Source: an uncultured Nitrososphaerales archaeon
GTDB taxonomy: Archaea; Thermoproteota; Nitrososphaeria; Nitrososphaerales; Nitrososphaeraceae
Assembly (NCBI GenBank): GCA_963841565.1
Contig: CAWJCY010000006.1
Location: 320,001-384,000 of the forward strand
Reading direction: 5' to 3'
Length of the DNA stretch: 64,000 nucleotides
Shown here: piece after piece, positions 31,634 through 42,565 of the stretch
How the letters are laid out: every line of letters starts with the position of its first letter
Numbering within the stretch: the stretch's first letter is position 1
The notes under the pieces: model-generated
What the model saw: only the letters and a program-made list of their open reading frames with translations
Databases searched by the model: none
Told to the model about the DNA's origin: nothing
Position numbers and translations under genes: made by a program

Positions 31634-32779
31634 ATGGGAGACAAACAAATGGCTAACAAACGAGACTACTATGAAGTCCTTGGTGTACCTAAGAATGCAG
31701 GGAAAGGAGATATCAAGAACGCATATAGAAAACTAGCACTGCAATACCATCCGGATAGAAATAAATCTCAGGGAGCAGAGGAACGCTTTAAGGAAATTTC
31801 AGAAGCATACGCAGTCCTATCTGATGATGACAAACGGAAGCGATATGATACATATGGTCATGTAGGAACTGAAGAGGTATTCAGAGGCTCCGAGGCCAAC
31901 TTTGAAGAGATCTTTAAAGATATGGGCTTTGGAGGATTCAGAGACATTTTCGAGCAATTTTTTGGATCTAGAGGCGGCGTTGGAAGAGGTTCATCGGATC
32001 CGTTCGGATTCGGATTCAACTTTGGCGGTGCAAGACAGAAGGGCCGCGATATTCTGTATGATATAGATCTGTCATTAGAAGATGTTTTGAAAGGCAAGAA
32101 AGACGAAATAGAACTGCCTAAAATGGATAGATGTACAAATTGCAACGGAACAGGTGCCGCACCAGGCACAAAGCCGCGAAAATGCACTGTATGTAATGGC
32201 CAGGGACAGACCAGGAGGGTGTATAGTCAGAATCGGTTTTCCACGTTTGTATCATTGGAGCCATGTCGTACCTGTCATGGAGAGGGTGAAATAATTGAGA
32301 GGCCGTGTGGGACATGCAATGGATCAGGTAATATCAGAACAACAAAAAAACTACGATTGGAAATTCCGCGCGGAGTAGAGGATGGGATGACTCTTCAATT
32401 GCATGGCGAGGGAGAGCCAACAGAGAATGGGGTGCCTGGAGATCTTCTCATAAGAACTCACGTTAGACCACATCCAGAGTTTCAAAGACTCGAAGACGGT
32501 CACCTATTAACTAATCAAAATCTAAGTTTTACCGACCTAGCTTTGGGGACAGAAATAAGAGTTCCAACACTTGAAGGACAAGAAAAAGTCAAAATCTCTC
32601 CAGGAACACAACCGAATTCAATCGTAAAGCTAAAGGGCAAAGGTCTCCCAAGGTATGGGGGTTATGGGAGAGGGGATGAGCTTGTAAGAATAAATGTAAA
32701 GGTGCCAACGAAGATAAATGACGCTCAAAAGGCGCTGCTCAAAGAATTGGATAGAGAATTAAGAATAACTGGCGATTGA
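31634..32779 (+). CDS. dnaJ: Chaperone DnaJ
   Basis: J domain with HPD, G/F region, four CxxCxGxG repeats. Confidence 0.98.
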   Translation: MGDKQMANKRDYYEVLGVPKNAGKGDIKNAYRKLALQYHPDRNKSQGAEERFKEISEAYAVLSDDDKRKRYDTYGHVGTEEVFRGSEANFEEIFKDMGFGGFRDIFEQFFGSRGGVGRGSSDPFGFGFNFGGARQKGRDILYDIDLSLEDVLKGKKDEIELPKMDRCTNCNGTGAAPGTKPRKCTVCNGQGQTRRVYSQNRFSTFVSLEPCRTCHGEGEIIERPCGTCNGSGNIRTTKKLRLEIPRGVEDGMTLQLHGEGEPTENGVPGDLLIRTHVRPHPEFQRLEDGHLLTNQNLSFTDLALGTEIRVPTLEGQEKVKISPGTQPNSIVKLKGKGLPRYGGYGRGDELVRINVKVPTKINDAQKALLKELDRELRITGD

Positions 32780-33360
32780 AAATTCCAAAGCATTGACTAA
32801 GCATCTATAACAATGCCTTTAGTATTCATCCAGTTGAAGTAGTATTTACTCACATCGATAGCATTCTTGACTCGGAAGCGGTAGTTGTATTGGATATCTT
32901 TAGTTTGAGTCTGCCCATTCAAATTGTAGAAAAATGATTGATCAATTCATCTTGGCATAGTTACTACTACCAGTATTGATGAAAGTGGTATGATTAATTC
33001 TACTGAAGCTGAAAAGGGTACCAGCTTTGAATTTTCTAACAAAATTATCTGACGGAAACCTCTTCAGATTAGGGCTTATATAGACATTGAAGGTAAGGAA
33101 TATTAGAATGAAGATATTTGAAGCTGGCTATCTGTCACATCAGGAACTAAATATAAACTGGACAGTGCCATTCAACGAGAAGACGATAATAATAGTGATA
33201 TTAATGGTAAAACTAGTAATCAGCAAAATGTCGAAAAGTCATGTTCATGAAAAATCCGGTTCTTAGCGGATCGAATACTTGAATGCTACTCGTAATTCAC
33301 CATGCAATGCAGAATTGAGTATAGCCTTATTCAAGATTAAGGTCGGGGGCGGCATAGTTC

Positions 33361-34296
33361 ATGAAAGTGATTGAAGCTTTAGGATTAACAAAATCATATA
33401 AGGGTTCTAAACACCCCGCTTTGAATGATATCTCACTGAGTATCGATTCAAAACAAATATTTACAATGCTGGGTAGAAATGGAGCTGGAAAGACTACCTT
33501 TGTAAGAATATGTGCTACCCAACTCATGCCCACATCAGGTAGAATATTGGTTCTTGGTCATGACATCGTAAAGTATCCCGATAGGATACGAAACCAGATT
33601 TCAGCAATCCCTCAGGAAGGCAGACCACTGAGAGCGTTGACGCCTTGGGATCATGTATACAATTGGTTAAGAATCAGAGGAGAAAGCAGTGATAATGCCA
33701 AAGTAAAAGCTGTGCAAATTCTCAAGAAGCTAGATCTTTATGATGCGAGGAATGTTCCTGCTATGAATCTATCAGGCGGCATGAAGCAAAAGGTCCTTGT
33801 TGCAATGGCTTTGGCACCTGACGCCCAATTACTATTCCTAGATGAGCCAACTATAGGCCTAGACCCGGTTTCTCGTCGACAGGTATGGTCGGCAATCAAG
33901 GAGTGGAAAGATCAGGACAGAACAATTCTGCTGACGACTCATTATATGGATGAGGCAGAACTGCTTGCGGACTATATTGTCATAATTGATAAAGGAAATA
34001 TTATAGCAAAGGGTACGATGAACGAGCTTCGCAAGATCGTTCCCTATGAACTTAGAATTGATGTACCCAAAATTAACCTAGATAAGAGTCTAATGTCGTT
34101 AGGCTCTGTCGTAGATTCAGGAGCTAATTTTGTTAGAATCTTTACCTATGAAACTGACGCGGAAAAGATTTATGACAAGGCCCTAAAGATGAATATTCAA
34201 TTTACCGTTTCTCCCATAACCCTCGATGATGTTTTCGTGTATCTTGTTGGGAATAAAAACAATGAGGGTAGCATCAGGTCTGAGAACGAGACATAG
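33361..34296 (+). CDS. ABC-2/DrrA-type ABC transporter ATP-binding protein
   Basis: GRNGAGKTT, LSGGMKQK, LFLDEPTIGLDP, LTTHYMDEA, TLDDVF. Confidence 0.93.
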   Translation: MKVIEALGLTKSYKGSKHPALNDISLSIDSKQIFTMLGRNGAGKTTFVRICATQLMPTSGRILVLGHDIVKYPDRIRNQISAIPQEGRPLRALTPWDHVYNWLRIRGESSDNAKVKAVQILKKLDLYDARNVPAMNLSGGMKQKVLVAMALAPDAQLLFLDEPTIGLDPVSRRQVWSAIKEWKDQDRTILLTTHYMDEAELLADYIVIIDKGNIIAKGTMNELRKIVPYELRIDVPKINLDKSLMSLGSVVDSGANFVRIFTYETDAEKIYDKALKMNIQFTVSPITLDDVFVYLVGNKNNEGSIRSENET

Positions 34297-34350
34297 TTTC
34301 TTATTGCAACTAGAGATTATGATGACAATTTGGTCGGTATTAATTTACCA

Positions 34351-34830
34351 TCATCTGCAGCACCTTCCTAAAGGTATTCGATGGCCATGTGGACACTTTC
34401 TTGGATGCTTTAGGAGCGTGCACAAGGCATCCGTAAAAATCTGTTTCATATGATGCTCAATTCCACAGACCATTTCTTCGTCTATTTCTATCTTCAATGA
34501 ATCTCTCATCAACACTTCCAATAGTCGTGTATTTCGGATCATCTGCTTTCCAATGCGTTCGCCTTCAGAAGTCATCCTTACCATGTTGCCTTTGCTATAT
34601 TCTACCAAATTAGCTTCGTCAAGTTTACGAAGCATTTGAACTACTGATGGTTGTTTTACATTCAGCAATTTTGCGATTGAGCTAACCTTAACCTCTTCGC
34701 CTCTTTCGCGAATATACCATATAGCCTTAAGGTACATTTCAACATGTTCAGATTCCGCAGTACCAATGTAGAGCTCTTCTTCTCCCAATACCATCTCCTT
34801 TTTTGAGCTTCTTGTTGAGAACGTCCTCAA
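34351..34830 (-). CDS. DtxR/MntR-family metal-dependent repressor
   Basis: EMYLKAIW, IAKLLNVKQPSVVQML, RLLE, IEH, CPHGHRIP. Confidence 0.93.
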   Translation of the reverse strand: MRTFSTRSSKKEMVLGEEELYIGTAESEHVEMYLKAIWYIRERGEEVKVSSIAKLLNVKQPSVVQMLRKLDEANLVEYSKGNMVRMTSEGERIGKQMIRNTRLLEVLMRDSLKIEIDEEMVCGIEHHMKQIFTDALCTLLKHPRKCPHGHRIPLGRCCR

Positions 34831-35086
34831 TGGGTTACCTTTTACAGTTTATAGACTATTTGTTATTAACTTTGTGTATATTTGTGATCGCGCATTGAAT
34901 AACATTACTTGATTGAAAAAGAATCGCTTGAATCGATAAAGTAAAACCCAAACAATTAGTGTGAAAATATGAGAATATAGTTTCGTATTGTATAGTGTTC
35001 ATTATTTAGTCCGGAGGCCCATTAAAACAAACCTCTTACTCTAAGATGGCATAATCTTCTAATAGCACTTCAGGCTATCTAAGTAT

Positions 35087-35440
35087 ATGTCTCAGAAACA
35101 TATTCTTGTTTCTAAGAAGAGGCACGAACTCGGCTTTGATACTATATCCCCTAAATGGGCGGAGCGCTTAAGCCAACCTCTCCCGATACTGATTTCTCTT
35201 AGATGGCTTGGATATTACTCTGAAATTAGGAGTGCGTCGCGATGCGTAGTAGGGGAAGCACACGGCTTCTCTTCATCTTACCTAAAAACATGCCCAGAGT
35301 GTAACAGATTTAGCATAAAATTCATGTATTCATTTCTAGTTCATTCCGAATCCAGATTGGAGAAAAATAAGGTGATGTTTGTACGTCATTGGAATGAGGA
35401 GCATGTACCTATTGATCTCGACTACAATTTTGGGACATAG
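35087..35440 (+). CDS. Hypothetical protein with CVVGEAHG..CxxC..HWNEEH putative metal site
   Basis: 117-aa ORF with clustered Cys/His. Confidence 0.65.
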   Translation: MSQKHILVSKKRHELGFDTISPKWAERLSQPLPILISLRWLGYYSEIRSASRCVVGEAHGFSSSYLKTCPECNRFSIKFMYSFLVHSESRLEKNKVMFVRHWNEEHVPIDLDYNFGT

Positions 35441-35722
35441 TAAGCGATCGTATTAGAATTAATCTCGTGTCTAGGCGGCCCTAATGTGTCCTATTTAGAT
35501 TGTCGTGAACGTGAGAGCGTTTACGGGTAATGCGAATTAGATACATCTGTATATTTTGTTTGTAGATTGTTGATAGCCATCAGCCCTTACAAGAAGGGGA
35601 TCTCCTAGCGACTGTAGAAGTTAAATTTTTTGAATTTCTGATAGTGAATTGCTTTGTCCAAAAAGGGAAAAAGATATGATTCCACTTCGAAGGAATGTGT
35701 CTTGCGGTAATTTTGCAGATAT

Positions 35723-37414
35723 TTATTCCATATCCATACCGCCCATACCGCCCATACCGCCCATACCGCCCATACCGCCCATACCGCCCATACCACCAGG
35801 AGGTCCAGCGGGTGCTTTGGATTTGCTGGAAGCAATAACATCATCTATACGTAAGATCATGGTTGCAGCTTCTGTAGCGGATTTGATGATTTGCTCTTTA
35901 ACAGTAAGAGGTTCCAATATATTTTGTTTGTACATATCTGCGACTACCGTGCTCCTAACGTTGATTCCTGTCCACTTGGAACCCTTACTCTGCTTAGCAC
36001 GCAATTCTGTCATAGTGTCGATCGGATCCATGCCGGCATTTTCTGCTAGCGTAAGAGGGATTGTGTCGAGTGCATCAGCAAACTTTTGAACAGCAAGTTG
36101 AGCTCTGCCTTCCAGGCTGCTCGACCATTGCCTTAACTCATTGGCAACATATGCTTCTGGAGCACCTCCACCCGCAACTATGGCTGGTTTTTCTAGCACA
36201 TCTTTAGTAACCATTAACGCATCATGAATTGACCTGTCTGCTTCATCTACGACTCTTTGAGAGCCTCCTCGAACAAGGATTGTGACGGCCTTTGGATTCT
36301 TACATCCTTCTATAAAGACCCATTTGTCGGTCTCGACTTTGCGCTCTTCGACCAGATTAGCGGCTCCCAGGTCTTTACTTGAAAGATCTTCAAGGTTGCT
36401 TATGATTCTTGCACCTGTTGCTTTAGCAAGCTTGTACATATCACTTTCCTTTATTCGTCTGACGGCTAGTATGCTTGATTTGGAAAGATAATGTTGTGCA
36501 ATGTCATCAATGCCTTTTTGACATAAAACTACATTTGCGCCTGCGTCTTTTATTTTGTCCACCATACTCATCAGCATTCTGTTTTCTTCTTCAAGAAACA
36601 TCTGCATCTGTTGCGGATCACTGATTCTGATCTCGGCACTCATTTCAGTTTTTTCGATCTCCAGCGCAGAGTTTATCAAAGCAATCTTTGCCTGTTCAAC
36701 CTTTCTTGGCATCCCTGAATGAACTACTTCCTTATCAAGAACGATTCCCTTTACGAGTTGGGTATCTCTTATTGCTCCACCTGCCTTCTTTTCGACCTTA
36801 ATGTTGTCTAGGTCAACTCTTAAACCATCTTTTCCTTCAATCTTTTCTGCTATCTGTCGTGTTGCATTTACCACTATTTCACTTAGGGTTGGGCTATCCT
36901 CGGAGACCAACTTGGAATCCATACTAGTTCTTGCAATCTTGATGAGCATTTCTTTGTCTGAAGTGTCGACTTTTATAGCAATTTTCTGCAGCAACTTTAA
37001 TGCATGCTCAGAAGCTGCGTTATAGCCATCAACGATCACTGATGGATGAACATCCTTGTTAATTAGGTCCTCGGCCTTCTCTATCAACGATCCTGCAAGA
37101 ACGACTGATGAAGTAGTGCCATCTCCCACTTCATTATCTACTGATTTAGAAACCTCTACCATCATTTTTCCAGCGGGATGCTGTACGTCGATTTCTTTAA
37201 GAATTGTAGCCCCATCATTTGTGATAGTCACATCTCCAAGAGAATCTACGAGCATCTTGTCCATGCCTCTTGGGCCGAGACTAGTTTTGACAACTTCTGC
37301 GACCAGTTTTGCTGCTGTAATATTATTTTTCTGAGCTTCCCTGCCTTTACTTTCTTTTGTTCCTTCCCTTAAAATTATCACTGGCATTCCACCAGCTGTA
37401 GTTTGAATTGACAT
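35723..37414 (-). CDS. ths: Thermosome (group II chaperonin) subunit
   Basis: [37 protein letters not shown]; GGM tail; AGGTG SD-like sequence upstream. Confidence 0.98.
   Translation of the reverse strand: MSIQTTAGGMPVIILREGTKESKGREAQKNNITAAKLVAEVVKTSLGPRGMDKMLVDSLGDVTITNDGATILKEIDVQHPAGKMMVEVSKSVDNEVGDGTTSSVVLAGSLIEKAEDLINKDVHPSVIVDGYNAASEHALKLLQKIAIKVDTSDKEMLIKIARTSMDSKLVSEDSPTLSEIVVNATRQIAEKIEGKDGLRVDLDNIKVEKKAGGAIRDTQLVKGIVLDKEVVHSGMPRKVEQAKIALINSALEIEKTEMSAEIRISDPQQMQMFLEEENRMLMSMVDKIKDAGANVVLCQKGIDDIAQHYLSKSSILAVRRIKESDMYKLAKATGARIISNLEDLSSKDLGAANLVEERKVETDKWVFIEGCKNPKAVTILVRGGSQRVVDEADRSIHDALMVTKDVLEKPAIVAGGGAPEAYVANELRQWSSSLEGRAQLAVQKFADALDTIPLTLAENAGMDPIDTMTELRAKQSKGSKWTGINVRSTVVADMYKQNILEPLTVKEQIIKSATEAATMILRIDDVIASSKSKAPAGPPGGMGGMGGMGGMGGMGGMGGMDME
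35735..35797 (-). repeat. 9-bp tandem repeat encoding the (GGM)7 chaperonin tail
   Basis: (CATACCGCC)6 plus one variant copy on the + strand. Confidence 0.95.
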
Positions 37415-37785
37415 ATACTATATTCACCTAGTAGAACAATAGTGCACTGTAAAGCCACTTATTTAGTTTTACTTCTCTCTATAAGTGTACACATATCAAT
37501 ATAGCGCATCACGATTCGGGAGGCTTGTTTCAATAAGGATTTAAAAAAGATGTTGCGTCGAAACACTGGCCTTACTCCGAGCTAGGCAGCTCCTAATGAA
37601 GCAGAATAGGTCTTTGCTAATTTTTCATTTTATATTAACTACGCGTTTTTTCAGTTAAATAGGCGGAATGCGACGCAAGACCCTCCGTAAGTTATTTCTT
37701 AACGATAATCGTTGATTATTGACAGCAAGGCTTTCACGCTTTTCAGATTCTCAAGTCCGATGAGAAAACTAACGATTTCTTTCCA

Positions 37786-38199
37786 TTATTTCAGGCCTAA
37801 TTTCTCTTGCTTTTCAACAAATTTTTTCCTGAACTTGGGGACTTCAATTAATGATCTTTCGTGTGTGCCTTCGCCAATTCTTTCTAGCTTATCTGTGGCC
37901 ACTACTTCAAATAACACTCTCCTGCCTTCGAAAGAGATGATTTTAGCCTTCACTGTGATCTCTGCACCAACCGGAGTAGCAGCCAAGTGCTTAATGTTGA
38001 CTAGGGTGCCTACTGAATCCCACGTGCTGTCTACAATACATTCTTCCTTGACAAGCAATCTACAGGTCTCTTCCATTTCAGATATCATAGAAGGGGTAGA
38101 TAATACGTTCTCTCCTTCCCATAAGAAACTCGTTGTTTGATTGGTGGCGACTTTCAGATAACGTTCTTTTTCAACTCCGATCTTGGCTAGGTAACTCAT
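37786..38199 (-). CDS. Fluoroacetyl-CoA thioesterase (FlK)-like hotdog-fold thioesterase
   Basis: VLSTPSMISEME, SVGTLVNIKHLAATPVG, IGEGTHER. Confidence 0.92.
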   Translation of the reverse strand: MSYLAKIGVEKERYLKVATNQTTSFLWEGENVLSTPSMISEMEETCRLLVKEECIVDSTWDSVGTLVNIKHLAATPVGAEITVKAKIISFEGRRVLFEVVATDKLERIGEGTHERSLIEVPKFRKKFVEKQEKLGLK

Positions 38200-38516
38200 C
38201 GAAAATTATAGGAGCCGACAACTATATTATTAGCGTTATCATTCCAGTACAAACTGAAAAATTAGAAAGACAGTGGGAAATTTTCCCACCTGAAAAGTGC
38301 GACGGAATTATTGTTGCTACTGATAAACAATTTTGCAGCAAACGAATCTTTTTTGGTTTTTTACAAATTATTGTTAATAATTTAGTAGAACATTATTCTT
38401 TTAATTATTTGATGAAATATATGTAAAAATTGGATAAATAAAATGAGGATGCAATGTACAGACTGATTGAATAGAAAATAGAAAATATAAAAATAAAAAT
38501 ATGAGCTCGAGGTCGT

Positions 38517-38648
38517 TTATGAAGAACGGCGTGCGCCTGAAATTACTGCAAATGCAAGTCCTACTGCAAGGCCAAACGCTAGCGGAACCCATACCCCAAA
38601 GCTTTCCATAGAGAAGACGATTACTTGTTTTAGCAGTGCTTCGAACAT
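38517..38648 (-). CDS. Unannotated 43-aa single-TM membrane protein
   Basis: MFEALLKQVIVFSMESFGVWVPLAFGLAVGLAFAVISGARRSS; AGGTG directly before the ATG; T-rich terminator-like tract after the stop. Confidence 0.65.
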   Translation of the reverse strand: MFEALLKQVIVFSMESFGVWVPLAFGLAVGLAFAVISGARRSS

Positions 38649-38832
38649 CACCTATTGGAATATAAGACTTAGTATATTAGATTTACTCAGAATATCCTTT
38701 ACAAACCGATTGCGCTGCGTCATTGCAGACGGTGAATTGTATCCTTATTCGTCATGATTTATCTGGCCATGTTTGGTGCGAAGCAAAATGAAGTACGCTG
38801 TCCTTAAATTACCCTTTCATATCTGAACATAT

Positions 38833-39111
38833 ATGAAGATGCAGAAGGAGTTTCGGAAATTCTGCCCGAAATGTAAAACTCATACTACACAATCTATTTC
38901 AATATATAAGAAAGGTAAAGATAGGAAGATGGCATTAGGCGCAAGAAGACACGCTGAAGACAAGAAGGGCTACGGGGGACAGAAGTTTCCCGAACTCAAG
39001 AGAACAGCAAAGACCTCAAAGAAAATCACCCTGAAATACACCTGCAAGAATTGTCAAAGAAAGACCATGAAAGAAGGAATGAGGATCCGCAAATTGGAGA
39101 TCCAACCATAG
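38833..39111 (+). CDS. rpl44e: 50S ribosomal protein L44e (eL42)
   Basis: CPKCKTHT, KKGYGGQKFP, AKTSKK, CKNC. Confidence 0.97.
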   Translation: MKMQKEFRKFCPKCKTHTTQSISIYKKGKDRKMALGARRHAEDKKGYGGQKFPELKRTAKTSKKITLKYTCKNCQRKTMKEGMRIRKLEIQP

Positions 39112-39127
39112 ATAGGTGGTATTTGGA

Positions 39128-39325
39128 ATGAAGAAAAATATGATCCTAATACCTAAACCTCATACTACATTTATTTTAACTCAATGTAGTCAATGCGATG
39201 AAAAGAAAGTAATTTTCAGTCACGCTACAGCTGATGTTTACTGTAAAAAATGCGGTGCTATGTTAGTAAAAAGAACAGGATCGAAGGCGGAAATATTGGG
39301 CAAAGTTATAAGCAACCTGGATTAA
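39128..39325 (+). CDS. rps27e: 30S ribosomal protein S27e
   Basis: IPKP..F...CSQC..IFSHA..CKKCG..TGSKA; follows rpl44e. Confidence 0.95.
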   Translation: MKKNMILIPKPHTTFILTQCSQCDEKKVIFSHATADVYCKKCGAMLVKRTGSKAEILGKVISNLD

Positions 39326-39950
39326 TCCGCCCGAGTAGCTGTTCGGCAAGTCCTAGATCATTTGCAGTATTTATATTGACAATGAGCCGTATCTCATTTA
39401 CAATCGAATAGAATTCCTCGAATGGTTTGTCAGAGATAGACCTGCCCAGATAGAACCCACACACGCCCGTGTAACAGTACTCCTTGTTGCCGATATTAAC
39501 AATGCAACTGCAGGTCATGCCAACAGAGTCAACAAATGATCTTTCTGCTACCGCCACTGTACACGTATTCTGAGTAGATGGTGTGCACCTGTCAATCAAT
39601 TTTCTGACCGTATCTGAATTAAGTAAAGCTAAATCTGACGGAAATGTAAAAACTTTCTGTTCAGGCATTGAATTTAGAGTTTTGGACAGGTCCTTGGAAA
39701 ACCCCAGTCCGTCAGCAACAATTACTTCAATTTTGTTATCTTTTTTATAATTTCTTTCCAAAAGCTGTGTAGTGTGTGGAGAACAAGGGCTAGATACGCA
39801 CAGGATCCTGCTAAACTGGCTAGATAAAATCACTGCATGTAAGACCGTTTCAATTAGCGTTTTACCCCTTATGCGCGCTAGTGGTTTTTCAATATTATCT
39901 TGAGTGATGAATCTAGACCCTTTGCCACCACACATTATCACAGCTATCAT
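39306..39950 (-). CDS. cobY: GTP:adenosylcobinamide-phosphate guanylyltransferase
   Basis: MCGGKGSR..EKPL, SDL, NINT..DL; in cob cluster. Confidence 0.88.
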   Translation of the reverse strand: MIAVIMCGGKGSRFITQDNIEKPLARIRGKTLIETVLHAVILSSQFSRILCVSSPCSPHTTQLLERNYKKDNKIEVIVADGLGFSKDLSKTLNSMPEQKVFTFPSDLALLNSDTVRKLIDRCTPSTQNTCTVAVAERSFVDSVGMTCSCIVNIGNKEYCYTGVCGFYLGRSISDKPFEEFYSIVNEIRLIVNINTANDLGLAEQLLGRINPGCL

Positions 39951-40714
39951 AGTGAAATAAAACCCGACATAGATGATAGGAAAATCAGACAGGCTAATCT
40001 AACAATTTCGTTGGAAGCCCCCATAACATCTCCAGAAATTCCTCCAAAGCTCAAATGAGCAATGTATTGAATTAATCCTGCAACCAGAAATGCAACTGCT
40101 AAAGTGATGAGACCTTCGTAGCCAGTTACAAGAAACACGATAGCCAAGGTTATCAATGTACTAATTATGAATTTCGTTTTATTTTTCATTGCCAGGACAA
40201 AGGGTGAACTAAGACCATCCCAAGCTGCCTTGCCAAAATGGGCCTGTTCTACCATCATATATTTTGCAATAACCTCTGATGTCAATAAGAATGAAAGTAG
40301 AATGGTGCCATCACGAATTGATGAGAGTGTCGTAAAAATGCCTATAAAATATAAAATCAAAGCTGTTGCCCCAGCCGATCCTATTGAATGATCATGCATT
40401 GCATTTTTCTTTGATTCCCTTCCCCTCTTCACCATCAATCCATCGCCGAAATCAGCAAGTGCATCAGTGTGATGCAAGCCGGTTATCAAAGTAATAAACA
40501 GAACAACCAGAAGGCTTGTTATCTGAGGTTCGAACACAAGTGAAAGGCCGTATCCAACTAAACCTGCTGATAAACCAATCAGTGCCCCAACAAGCGGAAA
40601 CAGGTACATATTTGTCGCTGTGTATTTTATGTCGATCGGAGCTGATGGACCATGCCGAGCAGAAGGGATTATCGTCAAGAATGAGACAACTGCCATAAAC
40701 GGCTTATATACCAA
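39947..40714 (-). CDS. cobS: Cobalamin (5'-phosphate) synthase
   Basis: FLTIIP, FPLVG, TGLHHTDALADFGDG, GGISGDVMGASNE. Confidence 0.95.
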   Translation of the reverse strand: MVYKPFMAVVSFLTIIPSARHGPSAPIDIKYTATNMYLFPLVGALIGLSAGLVGYGLSLVFEPQITSLLVVLFITLITGLHHTDALADFGDGLMVKRGRESKKNAMHDHSIGSAGATALILYFIGIFTTLSSIRDGTILLSFLLTSEVIAKYMMVEQAHFGKAAWDGLSSPFVLAMKNKTKFIISTLITLAIVFLVTGYEGLITLAVAFLVAGLIQYIAHLSFGGISGDVMGASNEIVRLACLIFLSSMSGFISL

Positions 40715-41708
40715 AAATTAAGTTCCACCAACCTATTTGAGATAGGAGAAGAATAAGAGGAAGCGAAAAAAACAAACAGAAAAGCAGGGTGGTTAACTTC
40801 ATAATTTTGATGGCCAGCATACATTTATCAACTGTTAAGAATTCGGTCCCTTCACCTAAAGCATAGCTACCCATTTTCTCAAGTCTCACTCTTAAAGCAC
40901 CTGCCATAGAACTCATAGGGTATCCGGCATTGATACTGGTCGTTTTGTGGTGATCACGAATCAGTATCACCAGAGAATTTCTCCAATCTGCTTGAGCCAT
41001 ATAAGCCGAGACAACCATCAGAAGACCAGTTATACGAGCGGGCAAGAAATTGAAAATAGTATCTAGCTTGGCTGACATCCAACCTATATCCTCGTAGTAT
41101 GGATCCTTGTATCCGAGCATGGAGTCCAGTGTATTAACTACTCTATAGGCTATACACCCCACAGGGCCGAGAATTGAATAGAAGAACAATGGAGATATGA
41201 TTCCATCGACAGTGCTTTCGCTAATGGATTCGATAGTCGCAGATTGGATATATTCTTCATTCAAGCTACTAGTATCCCTCCTGACTATCATTGATAACCT
41301 GTATCTAGCTTCCTCCAAGTTCCCTGCCTCCATTGAACGAATGATCTGGATAGCAGATTTCTCCATTCCTTTCAATGCTATTGATATCTTTAACAATAGT
41401 GCAAACAGAATTAGGGTAATCAGTATCCCCGCGAAGTGAACAGTTAACGATGTCAAGGCTATCGTCAGCAGCGCTACGCCAGAAATAATACCACAGGAAA
41501 ACAAGATTCCTTTTACCTTTTCAATTTTATCCTTTGAAATAGAACTTTCTGTTACCCCACTATGTTTCAAATTTGAAGTTTTATATTCGATTAGTCTTCC
41601 GAGCCATGAAACTGGATGGTACCTATTTTTGGGGTCTCCAAATACTAAGTCTAGGAGTATCCCAAGTGCTAAGCCACCCCCCAGAAGAACAAACTGCTCA
41701 TAAATCAT
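40704..41708 (-). CDS. cbiB: Adenosylcobinamide-phosphate synthase
   Basis: DLVFGDP..HPV, ESISESTVDG, YRVVNTLDSMLGY, NAGYPM. Confidence 0.95.
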   Translation of the reverse strand: MIYEQFVLLGGGLALGILLDLVFGDPKNRYHPVSWLGRLIEYKTSNLKHSGVTESSISKDKIEKVKGILFSCGIISGVALLTIALTSLTVHFAGILITLILFALLLKISIALKGMEKSAIQIIRSMEAGNLEEARYRLSMIVRRDTSSLNEEYIQSATIESISESTVDGIISPLFFYSILGPVGCIAYRVVNTLDSMLGYKDPYYEDIGWMSAKLDTIFNFLPARITGLLMVVSAYMAQADWRNSLVILIRDHHKTTSINAGYPMSSMAGALRVRLEKMGSYALGEGTEFLTVDKCMLAIKIMKLTTLLFCLFFSLPLILLLSQIGWWNLIFGI

Positions 41709-42565
41709 TTTCTAATTCAAGTATATCCTTTGAAATCTTTTCTATGTCGATCATTGGTTCTATTTCTCTTACCAAATTTTGGATTTGCTCATCCAATGCA
41801 GTGTCAAGAACAGCATTTGTGTCACTCGAGTCTATACCATCAAGGGAATCCTCTTTTGGTAAGTTTAGTTTTATCTTGGCGACTACTCCGTAGAACTCCT
41901 TGTTTGTCATTATTTTGACAGTTGACATGGCCGATTCTAAAAGTGAATTATCGCCAAGAAATTTATTTATCATAAAGCCTCTGACAAGTTCTCTATCGGA
42001 GGGTTCTAGAAGCGAGCATTGTCCCTACGATACTGGCAAAGCATCCCCCTCTTTCTATGTCGGCAACTATGATAACAGGAGCGCTTACTTTCCTTGCGAG
42101 AAGCATATTTGCGACATCATATTGTTGGATGTTAATTTCGGCCGGGGATCCCGCCCCCTCCATGATAACTATATCATTGTCTTTTCTAAGGCCATCTAAA
42201 GAATTAAGTATGATCGGAAATGCATATTGCAACACAAATTTTTGGTAGTAATCTTTTGCGTGCATCTGTCCGTGGGAATGACCCTCTACTATTACATCAC
42301 TTACATAGTTACCGTGTGGTTCAAGTAGAATAGGATTCATTCTTACGTCAGGATTTTTTCTTGACGCAAAAGCTTGAACTGCTTGAGCCATTGAGATCCT
42401 CTCTGAAGTGCCTTCAATTTCGTAAATTTTTGATGACATATTTTGAGATTTGAATGGTGCAACCTTGTATCCTTTGTCAGCAAAAATCCTACATAACACA
42501 GTAACAATCGTAGTTTTTCCTGAACCTGAAGACGTACCTTGAATCATCAAGATTTTTGCAGTCAT
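41698..42565 (-). CDS. cobQ: Cobyric acid synthase, short form without GATase domain (1-nt insertion at about 42014)
   Basis: MIQGTSSGSGKT, PFKSQNMS, MNPILL, EGAGSPAEIN, DIERGG; removing one base joins GTMLLLEP..VRGFMINKFLGD..EDSLD; about 288 aa. Confidence 0.9.

Noticed and set aside
35504-35525. GNRA-capped hairpin CGTGAACGT-GAGA-GCGTTTACG as part of a ribozyme or intron
   Set aside because: Single 9-bp stem with G-U pairs between convergent genes; no other catalytic RNA elements seen
35605-36089. ORFs with WAV or IPP repeats
   Set aside because: Alternative-frame and antisense readings of the thermosome GGM repeat
37517-37687. Inverted repeats (TTGCGTCG/CGACGCAA, GGAGG/CCTCC) as a MITE
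   Set aside because: Short, not cleanly terminal, no target duplication and no second copy in the window
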